A stretch of 64,000 nucleotides of DNA, from assembly GCF_006345805.1 (NCBI RefSeq), contig NC_043006.1:39122001-39186000 (forward strand). Reading direction: 5' to 3'. Positions 52,691 through 64,000 of this stretch are shown piece after piece. Position numbers and translations under genes: made by a program. Every line of letters begins with the position of its first letter. The first letter of the stretch is position 1. The stretch comes from Octopus sinensis (taxonomy: Eukaryota). The notes under the pieces were generated by a model. The model searched no databases and had not been told where the DNA came from. It worked only from the letters and a program-made list of their open reading frames with translations.

Positions 52691-54292
52691 CGTAAATTCA
52701 TGAATTTAAGAAGGATATGAGTTTTTATGGGGTTTTATCCTTTTGGCTACACCGAAGGTGTTATGGGCATCAATACTCTACAGCCTGAAGCAAATCCATC
52801 TCTTATAGGTTTACTTTTAATTATTCCGAAAGCCTTACAGTCTGTGAGTCTCTGAGCAGTATCATGTTTTAGCTTAGGCCTAAATCCGACATGCTATTAG
52901 TATTTCTAATATAAATTCCAATCACATTCGTTTCTTTATCAGTAATTCTGAGACTAGAAACTCTGTTTATCTATGTAAAATTACTTCAGGTTCTGACGTC
53001 TCTTTCTACATAGGTAGTTCTTCATCTCAGTTGTCCGAAAAAATATCTAACCATTACTCTACATTTAGACATAACAAAAACGCAACAATACTGGGCTTAG
53101 TAAATTAATTTAATCTCTTAAGGAACATAATAAACAATCTGATTTAGAATAGAATATTCTAAGTCCTTTCCTTATGATAAAGGTAAATCTTTTTGATCAC
53201 TCTGTAACGATGAACTGCATTTCATCAGAGAATCCTCTTGTACACACGTTTAAAGAACGCGTTTATCGTTGCAAGCACTGGCAAAGACATACCCTAAGTT
53301 CCTATAAGTAAATTCTACCAATCTATAGAACTCGACCTTTAACTGTCTTCTTACATTTCATTTCCATTAAATATATTTATTTCCTTTAATCTTTATTCCT
53401 ATTCACCTATCGCTCTATATTTCTCCACAATTAGTTCTGTTCATTTTTTCTTTCTCTTTCTCTTTCTATAAATTGCCTATTACGTTATATCGATTAACGT
53501 TTAAAAAAAAAAAAACTTGCCAGCGTTCCTTTCATCATATATGCAGTCATCACATTCTGTTAAAATGTCTTATTGATGTGTTCGGTTTCTTTCTTTTTTC
53601 TCTGGTGAGAAAATTGCATTGTTTTACATCATTTTATTCCTTCTGGAATGATACCAATGTTTTCCTCGAAACCTGTGTCGGAAGTATAAAGATTTGAATA
53701 ACACCTGCGTTTAATTCCATTTCTATATTTATTTATGTTATACAAAATCATTTCAGTAAACCCTGGAATTTCTACCTTTATAAGTAGGCTGTTACATCTT
53801 TGGTACTTATGTGAATTTTTGCAACCATGGTAACTATTTATTTATTTTCCGTGTAATTTGTACACATTGAAAAAATACACATACATTTATATATATATAT
53901 ATATATATATAGCAAATAAAATTTTCAGGATCCGAAAGAATCAGGTATTTAAATAGTGAAAGCACCAAGGTCGGGGTTAGCGCACCTATTTACCAATAAT
54001 GCGTACTGACCCATACGTGTTTACTAAAGTGAATACAGGTTTTGTCCTTTCAGTTATGCATATATCTACAAGTAACTGACTGAATACACAACGTGTTATC
54101 AACGTCACACAGGGGTACATTCACAGCACATATACCACAGTCGACTACAGACCCCAGATTCAAACGCATGGAAGGTTCCCAGCTAAGTGAAAAATAAACA
54201 ATATCACCAGATGGGTGTTTCCGTAAACTATCTATGTAATTGTTTATACACACATAATATATATATATAATAATGATATATATATTATATAT

Positions 54293-54325
<33 letters not shown>

Positions 54326-54395
54326 CTATATATATATATATATGATATATATATATTATATATATATATATATTATATATATATATATATATATA

Positions 54396-54426
<31 letters not shown>

Positions 54427-55068
54427 CATGTATATACGGGGAGAGAGAGAGAGGGAAAGACAGAGTTAACAGGTGAAATCAAAGAACCTTTATATAGAAA
54501 ACGGTAGTTCTCAAAAGATTTGAACTTTCTCCAAAACCTTTACCGAGGACCAAGTCAGCCGAGTAAAGGAATGGTTATAAAGCGAATCCGAGTGAACATA
54601 TATGGAAACAATGATAAAACCCCTTGGCTGTGAATATATGTACATATATACATGGAAATAAAGAGAAAAGAAAGATTGACATATTTTCAGATAATTGATA
54701 TTCAAGTATAAACACATACATACATACATACAAAAACAAATACATATATATATATATAAGTTAGAGGTTATCTTTGACATATAATCGTTCTGAAGATGTT
54801 TATCAGTTGTAACGGGGTAAATGCAAATTTACCTCCATTTTGATAAAGAGAAACAGTTGCAAATATACTCCTAATTTAATTAAACAATGACTTTAAAATA
54901 CAAATGGTCCACTTCTCATTGTTAATTATTGCTCCATTTCTTATCGTCTCTCTCTCTCTATATATATATATATATTCACATACACACACATACACACATA
55001 TATATGTAAATGTATATAAATGTATATACATATAAATATATATATATATATAGATGTATGTATGCATG

Positions 55069-55102
<34 letters not shown>

Positions 55103-55367
55103 TGTATGTATGTATGTATGTATGTATGTATGTAGGTAGGTAGGTAGGTAGGTAGGTAGGTAGGTAGGTATGTATGTAATCTAATTACTCAGATTACATA
55201 GGCTAAAAGAATTAGAATGGAGAAAGTATGGTTTCACAAGTCTGACAGCTGTTTCTGGGGGTTCGGAGTTACTTCATAATGCTGGCTGATGCAGATCACC
55301 AAAAGTTTGTAGCCAGTAATGGAAACAAACATTGGAAAAATCGAAGCTACTTCTTCGTATATATATA

Positions 55368-55664
55368 CTAGCAGTATCGCCCGGCGTTGCTCGGGTTTGT
55401 AAGGGAAATAACTATATAAGCATTTTTAGAGAGTTACTTCCCTTATATAATAGCAAAAAAATGCATTAAAATGGGAAAAAATTATGGTAATTCTTTTTTT
55501 AAATCGTAGACTCATTGTAGACGCGCGCTAATACCCAGAAGGGCTCGATATGAATCACGACTATAAGATACCCGGTTTTGGTTAAACTGCACCGCAAAAT
55601 GTGGGAGTAGTTAGGAATCTAAATCGTAGGAGACAGACACGCAACCTTACTTTTATATATAAAG

Positions 55665-55665
<1 letters not shown>
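55368..55665 (-). mobile_element. 298-bp non-autonomous Helitron
   Basis: Minus strand A|TCTTTATATATAAAAGTAAGG...CCCGAGCAACGCCGGGCGATACTGCTAG|T: 5' TC, subterminal GC-rich hairpin, 3' CTAG, inserted between A and T, no TSD. Confidence 0.85.
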
Positions 55666-55719
<54 letters not shown>

Positions 55720-57589
55720 CGACAGGCTTCTTTCAGTTTCCGTCTACCAAATCCACTCACGAGACTATGGTAGAAGACATTTGCTCAAGGTGCCATGCAG
55801 TGGGACTGAACCCGGAACCATGTTGTTGTGAATCAAGCTTCTTATCCCATAGGCGGAAAGAAATTCTTTAAAAGCGATCCACTGAAACAATCCGTATAGA
55901 ATAGATAACACTCGGCGGTTGGCGAAGAACGATTTGTATAAACTACACAACGTGTTGTAATCTATGTAACGTACACTGGTGTTGCTGTTGTTATTGTTGT
56001 TGTGATTATTTCTGGCTGCTTATTTTGCCCCACCCAGCCACCTATGGATTCATTCCTCTTCTGTATTGTCAGCTCATCGATTGCCCAGTGTCATCTCTCG
56101 TCCATTGTTTCATTGTTTTATTGTTTATTTGAATTGTCGCACTTACGGCAAAAGACAGCGATAGAATAAGCACTAAGGCTTACAAAGAATAAGTCCTGGT
56201 TTCGATTCCCTTGACTAAAAACCTTTTAAGGCGGTGCTCCGGCATGGCCGCAGTCAAATGAGTGAAACACGTAAAAGAATACACACGCACACATACACAA
56301 ACACACACATATATATATATAATATATATATGAGCATATATGCGTGTCTCTGTGCGATTTTACGCTGGGGCATGTCACCCTTTGAACGCGTGACAACCGG
56401 TGTTAGTTTGTTTACATACCCGTAACCTAGCAGTTCAGAAAGAGTAACCGATAGAGTAAGTGTCTGACTTAACAAAAACGTGAGGTGGGGGGAGGTGAAA
56501 TACTGGGTTCGATTTGTTCGACTAAAATCCTGTAAAGAGGTGCTCCAGCGTGGACGCAGTCCAATGACTGAAACAAGTAAAAATATAAAAATATAAAAAA
56601 TAAACTAATAACAAATTGAATCAAAACAAAACAAAACGAAAAAAATAATCGTTCATAAATTTTGGCAATGACAAATACAACATGTATTTGTTTATATATT
56701 TTGAAATTGATGTCTTTCGTATATTTTTGTTTAGCAGAATAACTTGTTGAGAATTGACGAAACCTCTGTTAATCACACTCTAAGATACAAAACTATATTT
56801 ATAAAATAATAATTCTTCATCTGTAAAGAAGTTATTCTTATAATTTTTTGTTATTCTTTCTCTGTAAAAGTACATTTCTATTGTGATATTCACAAACTCA
56901 CCTACAGTCAAATAAAAGATATGAAATAGCTTAAAAAAAAAAAAAAAAAAGAAAGAAAGTAGATGGGAAGGAAGGAGAAAAATTGTATCTGCCGTGGACG
57001 ATTTTTAACGATTATTTGTTTATTCTACTTTTTATTTCAGTTTGTTGTTCGTCACTTTATACGTACACAGATCGAAAGATAATTTCAGTGCAGTACAGCT
57101 GTGCTGCACTCTGTGCTTGGAAACGGACTGGATTCAGAAAGAAAGTTCTATGCTTCGTATGACCAAAGGGAATAAAATAAATGAAACCATGGTCACGGCT
57201 ACAGCTTCTGGCCGAAACCGTTGAAGGAATAACAAACGACAAAACTGTAAAAAAATGTTTTTATATACTTTTTTGAACGCCCCTTATTTTATTTATGCAT
57301 TGATGTATATCGCAAGGGTCTCGTTAAAACAGTGATAAATGTACCAGTGATAAATGAACCATATCCAGGCATTTTGTAAATGGGACGAATGATAAATTCA
57401 TTGACACCAAACTCTCGACCCACAACAGCAAAACTTCCACCGTCACGTATTTCCTGTAGAGCTGACATGTCAAACTGCAGAGTCGCTATGGACCGCATTG
57501 CTTACATACATGTTGTCAGGGGATCCGCATATTTTTAAATACGCGTTTACAACAAAGATTTGTGTCACATCAGTTCTATATTATTACTC

Positions 57590-58015
57590 TAATACTCTTT
57601 TACTCTTTTACTTGTTTCAGTCATTTGACTGCGGCCATGCTGGAGCACCGCCTTTAGTCGAGCAAATCGACCCCGGGACTTATTCTTTGTAAGCCCAGTA
57701 CTTATTCTATCGGTCTCTTTTGCCGAACCGCTAAGTGACGGGGACGTAAACACACCAGCATCGGTTGTCAAGCAATGCTAGGGAGACAAACACAGACACA
57801 CAAACACGCACACACATACATACATATATATATATATATATACATATATACGAAAGGCTTCTTTCAGTTTCCGTCTACCAAATCCACTCACAAGGTATTG
57901 GTCGGCCCGGGGCTATAGCAGAAGACACTTGCCCAAGATGCCACGCAGTGGGACTGAACCCGGAACCATATGGTTGATTAGCAAGCTACTTACCACACAG
58001 CCACTCCTGCGCCTG
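57590..58015 (-). mobile_element. SINE family A, full length and apparently young
   Basis: Intact head and tail; near-identical to 2880-3295. Confidence 0.95.
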
Positions 58016-58069
58016 GTAAAAAAAATATTTTAAATGCTCATCAATAAACCCACTTTAATTTAATTTAAT

Positions 58070-58247
58070 TTATCTTTTATGTTCAGTCCGGGGACTGCGG
58101 CTATGCTGGGGGACCACTGTTTGTGAGATGCTTCCAGCACCTAGTTTCCTCAAGCGGTCACCCATCTAAGCACTCACTAGGCTCGACTTTGCTTAACGTC
58201 AATGATCGGAAGAGAACCGCTGCATTCAACGTGATATGGCCGCAGTT
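58070..58247 (-). mobile_element. 5S rRNA-derived SINE (SINE3-like) or 5S retropseudogene with a SINE-A-type tail
   Basis: Minus 58247-58130: ACTGCGGCCATATCACGTTGAATGCAGCGGTTCTCTTCCGATCATTGACGTTAAGCAAAGTCGAGCCTAGTGAGTGCTTAGATGGGTGACCGCTTGAGGAAACTAGGTGCTGGAAGC is colinear with metazoan 5S rRNA; followed by GGTCCCCCAGCATAGCCGCAGTC..GACTGAACATAAAAG. Confidence 0.85.
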
Positions 58248-58589
58248 TAAATTGTTATTATTTATATTACTAAAAGATTTGTGGTTTCCTCAGTTTAAAA
58301 CTTTAGCTACGCCATTCACGGGTCCCACTTGTATTTGAAAGAAAGACGCACGCGGCCCCCGGGTCGCGTATTTGATATTCCTAGTGTAGAGGATATACTA
58401 GTCTCTGTCATGCATTAAGATTAGATAACTTCGATTTTTTTTGTTCTGTTCACTGGTCTATTGTTGATGTGTAGGAGTACGTAAATCCGTATTTAAAAAA
58501 GTACACAACCTCACAGTGAGGTCATGTAAACACAAACAATTGTCAGTACGCTCTGATAGCTGAGTATTGTGAATGGTTATTCATACAAA

Positions 58590-58805
58590 GTACATTGGTT
58601 TGAAATTTGGTACAAAGCCAGCTGTTTCGGGGTAGGGCCTAGGTCGATTACATCGACCCCAGTTTTCGACTAGTACTTAATTTATCGAACCCGAAAGGAT
58701 GAAAAGGTAAAGTCGACCTCGGCGGAATTTGAACTTAGAATGTAAAGACGAACGAAATGCCGCATTTTGCCCGGCGCAGTAACGACTATGCCAGCTTGCC
58801 GCCGT
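58590..58805 (-). mobile_element. SINE family B
   Basis: Family core present. Confidence 0.88.
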
Positions 58806-59289
58806 ATTCATTCAAAGTATATTGCACCGGTGTATGAGACGCTGTTAGTCTCTATTATTCCATTTATTCATGAAACTGAAAACATATACTGCTCCTTAAA
58901 CTATTGCACTTGAGGAATTTTTACGTTTTTTAACAATTTTTGTTTATCTATTTCTACTTAGTTGGTCTGGATAAAAGGGCCAAAACCCCTGGCATTCACA
59001 GATCCTTCGACACCGGTGAGATTGATACCACTGATGTTCCTCTCGAACATTTACAAATTAATATCTGTAATGAGGGCATGTACGAAGAAGGAGATTAAGT
59101 GACAGTAGTGTAGCAGCGGAGAGGGTAATGGGGGAGGCCCACCTCGGGGCAACACTTTTGTGTCTGCTTTATAAGTCCGTATAAGGTGGGGCAGGAAACT
59201 GAAGGGCTGCCTTGGGTGGCACACACACTTGCTACGCTGCTATCATCAACCAGCATTTTTGGAGGGCAGGATTTGACATGATAGTTAGT

Positions 59290-59632
59290 GAGGAGTCGAG
59301 GAGTCTGGGAGGAGAATAGGAGTCTGGGAGGAGTCTTGGAAGAGACTAAGAAGGAGTCTGGGAGGAATTTAGGAAGTGTCTGGGAAGAGTCTGAGAGGAG
59401 TCTCGGAGGTGTTTGGGAGGAGTTCGAGAGATATCCAGGAGGAGCAAGGGAGGATCCTAAGGAGAAATCAAGAAGTATGGGGGTGGGGATACAGTAAAAG
59501 CCTAGGAGGTGTTTGGAGGAGTCAGGGAGATATCTAGGCAGAGTTTGATAGGAGTCTAGGAAGAGACTTGGAGGAATCATGGAGGAGACTGGTAGGAGTC
59601 TAGGAGGAGTCTGCGAGGAGTCTGAGAAGAGT
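59290..59632. repeat. Degenerate purine-rich minisatellite (AGGAGTCTGGG-like, ~11-12 bp)
   Basis: Roughly 25-30 diverged copies; accounts for the repetitive 182-aa minus ORF (DSSQTPPRLL). Confidence 0.85.
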
Positions 59633-59924
59633 GAACGTATCAAGTTTCATGAGAGAACAAAAAGCTGATTGAGTCATCTCCTGGTAGCTGTAGCATGAGT
59701 TGTGATATGAGACCATTATATTTGCAGACGAAAGGTTAAAGAAACGAGAGCATCCTCGTGGGCCATAAGCTGGCGCGTGTCTGGGAGTGCGATCCTTTAT
59801 GTTAACCGGTCGGATGTCTGCTTTCTAAGGAAACGGTGCCGAATAACATCGGGTGGATTTGAACTCAAAAGGTCTGCCTTGCCACACACAGTATGATGCT
59901 GAGGCTAACAATGAGCCTATAGGT

Positions 59925-60325
59925 GTCTGTGAGCTGGCAGAAACGTTAGCACGCCGCCGGGCGAAATGTTTAGCGGTATTTCGTCTGCCGTTACGTTCTG
60001 AGTTCAAATTCCGCCGAGGTCGACTTTGCCTTTCATCCTTTCGGGGTCGATAAATTAAGTACCAGTTGCGCACTGGGGTCGATATAATCGATTTATCCGT
60101 TTGTCTGTCCTTGTTTGTCCTCTCTGTGTTTAGCCACTTGTAGGTAGTAAAGAAATAGGTATTTCGTCTGTCTCTACGTTCAGAGTTCAAATTCAGCCGA
60201 GGTCGACCTTGCCTTTCATCCTTTCGTGGGTCGATAAATTAAGTACCAGTTGCGTATTGGGGTCGATCTAGTCGACTGGCCCTCTCAAAATTTCGGGCCT
60301 TGTGCCTAGAGTAGAAAAGTATACT
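59925..60325 (+). mobile_element. SINE family B (1.5 units)
   Basis: Same head-body-partial body-tail layout as 27078-27470. Confidence 0.92.
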
Positions 60326-60544
60326 TGTCCGGGAAATGCTCAAGCATATTGACAATATTTTAATGTATAGGTGATTTAGTTGATCGAATAGTTTGGTTAC
60401 ACTTCGTCGAGACCGACGGAGAACCATCTCTATGTGCATAATACGAGACGGTATCTGTATCTGCTGGGAGCAACATACAAAGCTAAAACAATTAGCGATA
60501 CCAAGGTACGAGGCCAAGTCATATTCGTTTGCGAGCGAACGCTC

Positions 60545-60742
60545 TGTATGTATGTATGTATGTATGTATGTATGTATGTATGTATGTATGTATGTATGTA
60601 TGTATGTATGTATGTATGTGTGTATGTATGTGTGTGTGTATGTATGTATGTATGTATGTATGTATGTATGTATGTATGTATGTATGTATGTATGTGTGTA
60701 TGTATGTGTGTGTGTATGTATGTATGTATGTGTATGTATGTA

Positions 60743-60777
<35 letters not shown>

Positions 60778-60830
60778 ATGTATGTATGTATGTATGTATG
60801 TATGTATGTATGTATGTATGTATGTGTGCA
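60545..60830. repeat. (TATG)n/(TG)n compound microsatellite
   Basis: Directly visible. Confidence 0.98.
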
Positions 60831-60949
60831 TATGGGAATGTAATGTATGTACGTGCGTATGTACGTACGTGTATGTGTGTTTATGAATGCGTGAATGTAT
60901 GTGTCTATGTACGTGTGTATATATGCATGTCTATAAACATTTATATATA

Positions 60950-61026
<77 letters not shown>

Positions 61027-61042
61027 AATGTATATATATATG

Positions 61043-61115
<73 letters not shown>

Positions 61116-61260
61116 ATATATATATACATATACGTATATATATGCTTATGTATATGTATACACATATGAACATGTAGATAAATAGGTATACATGTATACA
61201 CACACGCACAAACACATATATGAATAAATATTTATGCATAAATATTGCATTATTAACGTC

Positions 61261-61500
61261 AGGAAACCAGCCAGTTACTTGATCACGTACCTAATCAGGC
61301 GATCATGCTATCAAAATAGATTTTATACTCAACAGGAAACGGGTTAAGCAGCTGCTTGTCAACACCAAGACCTTCCTCTGTAAAGAATTTACCATCCAAC
61401 TTTGAATAATAAACATCCACTTAGACTCTAGAATCTTGAGAAGGAAGATTCGCAGGCTGAAAGCTCCCTGAGCTAGATATAGGTTCAGAGAAGTACTAAC
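61261..61500 (+). mobile_element. RTE-type LINE AP-endonuclease remnant
   Basis: RKPASYLITY/(frameshift)SGDHAIKIDFILNRKR..LLVNTKTF matches the TYxSG..xQIDYIL motif at the end of APE domains. Confidence 0.65.
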
Positions 61501-61655
61501 TTGCATGATGACAAATATGTTGGATTAGAGAATTATAAAACAGAGCTGAGAAAATTTATGGACGGAGTAAGGTTTCAACAAGACAGACAATAATACGATG
61601 ATGGGATGGTGCAGTAAAGAGAGCCGAGAAAGTGAAGAGAGGGAGAGAGAGAGGC

Positions 61656-61915
61656 TTAGAAACTGAGTATTTTTCGGGTTTTCATATCAATGGCTCGGAT
61701 CTCACCGAGCGTCCAATCAAGCAGCCCAAATGTTGGTACGAGTACTGGCACTGCACGCACATTGTCGGTCACTGTTTTATTGAATGCAGAGAGTTCTGAG
61801 GTCCAAATGTTTCTTATTCGGCTGTAATGTTCTTTAGTGACAGGTGTTTTGTTACAGGTGCCATTGTAAGATATATTTTCATCCACCTCTAGATACCTGT
61901 AACATTCCTCGTCAG
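61656..61915 (-). mobile_element. R4/Dong-like LINE fragment (post-RT region), 5' end abutting (CATA)n
   Basis: EECYRYLEVDENISYNG..HYSRIRNIWTSELSAFNK..AVPVLVPTFGLLDWTLGEIRAIDMKTRKIL. Confidence 0.8.
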
Positions 61916-61917
61916 AT

Positions 61918-62175
61918 ACATGTATGTATGTATGTATGTATGTATGTATGTATGTATGTATGTATGTATGTATGTATGTGTGTATGTATGTATGTATGTG
62001 TGTGTGTGTGTGTGTGTGTGTGCGTGCGTGTGTGTGTGTATGTATGTATGTATGTATGTATGTATGTATGTATGTATGTATGTATGTATGTATGTATTAT
62101 GTATGTATGTGTGGTGTGTGTGTGTGTGCGTGCGTGTGTGTGTGTATGTAGTATGTATGTATGTATGTATGTATG

Positions 62176-62207
<32 letters not shown>

Positions 62208-62775
62208 TGTATGTATGTATGTATGTATGTATGTATGTGTGTATGTATGTATGTGTGTGTGTGTGTGTGTGTGTGCGTGCGTGTGTGTGTGTATGTATGT
62301 ATGTATGTATGTATGTATGTATGTATGTATGTATGTATGTATGTATGTATGTATGTGTGTATGTATGTATGTGGTGTGTGTGTGTGTGTGTTGCGTGCGT
62401 GGTGTGTGTGTATGTATGTATGTATGTATGTATGTAGGTATGTATGTATGTATGTATGTATGTATGTATGTGTGTATGTATGTATGTGTGGTGTGTGTGT
62501 GTGCGTGCGTGTGTGTGTGTATGTATGTATGTGTATGTATGTATGTATGTATGATGTATGTATGTATGATGTATGTATGTATGTATGGTGTGTGTGTGTG
62601 TGTGTGTGCGTGCGTGCGTGTGTGTGTGTATGTATGTATGTATGTATGTAGTATGTATGTATGTATGTGTGTATGTATGTATGTGTGTGTGTGTGTGTGT
62701 GTGTGCGTGCGTGTGTGTGTGTATGTATGTATGTATGTATGTATGTATGTATGTATTATGTATGTATGTATGTCA
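61918..62775. repeat. ~860-bp compound (TATG)n/(TG)n microsatellite with higher-order periodicity
   Basis: The block (TG)n-CGTGCG-(TG)n-(TATG)n recurs about 7 times. Confidence 0.95.
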
Positions 62776-62875
62776 ATACATCCTTAGCGATTTTGCACAC
62801 AGATAGGAAGCCGTTGATTTTCGTAGTTTTTTTTTGCGGAAAGCTAAATGGTGTGATTTGTACAGCGGTGTGACA

Positions 62876-63200
62876 GTAAGAGGGATTAAGCTTATGCAAG
62901 AGCCTATGCAAAAGGAATTAAAAAGCATAATAGATTAAGCCTATATAAGAGCGATTAAGCCTATGTAAGAGGGATGTATATATGAGGGACTAAACTTATG
63001 TAAGAGGGATTAAGCCTATGTAAAAGGGATTAAGAGTATGATGGATTAAGCCTATATAGGAGGAATTAAACCTATGTAAGAGGGATTGAGAGTATGTATG
63101 AGGGATGAAGACTATGTAAAAGGGATTAAGACTATGTAAGTGAGATTAAGCTGACGTATGAGGGATAAAACCTATGTAAGAGGGATTAAGCCTATATAAC
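62876..63200. repeat. ~20-bp minisatellite (GTAAGAGGGATTAAGCCTAT)
   Basis: About 15 diverged copies visible. Confidence 0.9.
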
Positions 63201-63294
63201 ACACACATACACGAACACACACACATACACACACATACACACACAATGCGCGCACATACATACACGTACATTCACAAACACCTAAGTACTAAGG

Positions 63295-63419
63295 AGGCAT
63301 ATTCACATAACGAGGCATAATCACATAACGAGGCATATTCACATAACGAGGCATATTCACATAACGAGGCATATTCACATAACGAGGCATATTCACATAA
63401 CGAGGCATATTCATATACG
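63295..63419. repeat. 18-bp minisatellite (AGGCATATTCACATAACG) x7
   Basis: Copies start at 63295 and every 18 bp to 63403; nearly perfect. Confidence 0.97.
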
Positions 63420-63467
63420 TGTAGGCTCATAAATCTACATATATACACACACTAACTCAACCACATA

Positions 63468-63700
63468 TAGAGGTGGACAAAAGTCACCCGACAGTAAATC
63501 AAAATTCCATAAGCACTATCTGTAATTCTGTATGGACTTGAATGGGAAAATGTCTCGCACCAGAAGGACATCAGTTTGAACAATTTTCATGATGTTTCAT
63601 ATTTAGATGCTTTTATTGAATTCATTCAGTTGCTAAACATAAATTGATCTTGGAATTAAATGGTTTTGATTTACTGTCAGGTGACTTTTGGCCAACCCGG
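63468..63700 (+). mobile_element. 233-bp Tc1/mariner deletion derivative (MITE)
   Basis: TA-flanked ~35-bp TIRs ..GGACAAAAGTCACCCGACAGTAAATCAAAA / TTTTGATTTACTGTCAGGTGACTTTTGGCC..; internal KCLAPEGHQFEQFS* resembles the transposase C-terminal C...GxxFE motif. Confidence 0.8.
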
Positions 63701-64000
63701 TATTTACAAACCCCGAGAATTATTGTCTTAATTCTCGTTACTTTGATAGCAACGGGCTTAATCTCCTGAAAGAAGAACTTGGATAAACCTCAACGAGGAC
63801 ATATCCGTGCATGTTCGACGGGCTTCCTCACAGTTTCTGTCTACCAAAAGGACTCACAAGACATTTGTCGGCCCGAATCAATAGTAGAAGATATTTGCTC
63901 AAGCTGCTGCGCAGTGGGACTGAACCCGAAACCACATGGTTGAAAAAGAAACTTCTTAATCGTTCAAACATGCCTGTATCTTGTATATAAATCAGAGGCG

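Noticed and set aside
58130-58247. Functional 5S rRNA gene
   Set aside because: Many substitutions including the terminal stem, no oligo-T terminator, and fused to a SINE-type tail.
59103-59242. hAT-like MITE (CAGTAGTGTAGC...GCTACGCTGCTA)
   Set aside because: Imperfect TIRs and no TSD; not supported enough to list.

Overview
Eukaryotic, AT-rich, microsatellite-saturated genomic DNA. The SINE families and repeat landscape point to an octopod cephalopod (Octopus sp.); this is my inference. There are no prokaryotic features. Almost all ORFs in the supplied track are translations of (TA)n/(CA)n/(TATG)n/(GATA)n repeats. The only convincing protein-coding signal is one minus-strand gene. It has a signal-peptide-encoding exon at 49184-49679 (donor CAAG|GTAATG, phase 1) and a phase-compatible 97-nt exon at 4357-4453, implying a ~44.7-kb intron if no exon lies between. 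The joined peptide suggests a secreted or type-I membrane protein; an NMDA-type glutamate receptor N-terminal domain is my best guess but is unconfirmed. The rest is intron or upstream DNA filled with three tRNA-derived SINE families (labelled A, B, C here), R4/Dong-like and RTE LINE remnants, mariner/Tc1, pogo, hAT and Helitron derivatives, Penelope-like termini with hammerhead-like cores, minisatellites and one 100-N gap. The most notable items are a 5S-rRNA-headed SINE3-like element sharing the family-A tail, a 606-bp foldback element with an exact 8-bp TSD, a (CATA)n-associated LINE-tail array, SINE-derived satellites, a spacerless 126-bp palindrome, and an inverted SINE-plus-flank duplication. 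Boundaries of degraded repeats are approximate.
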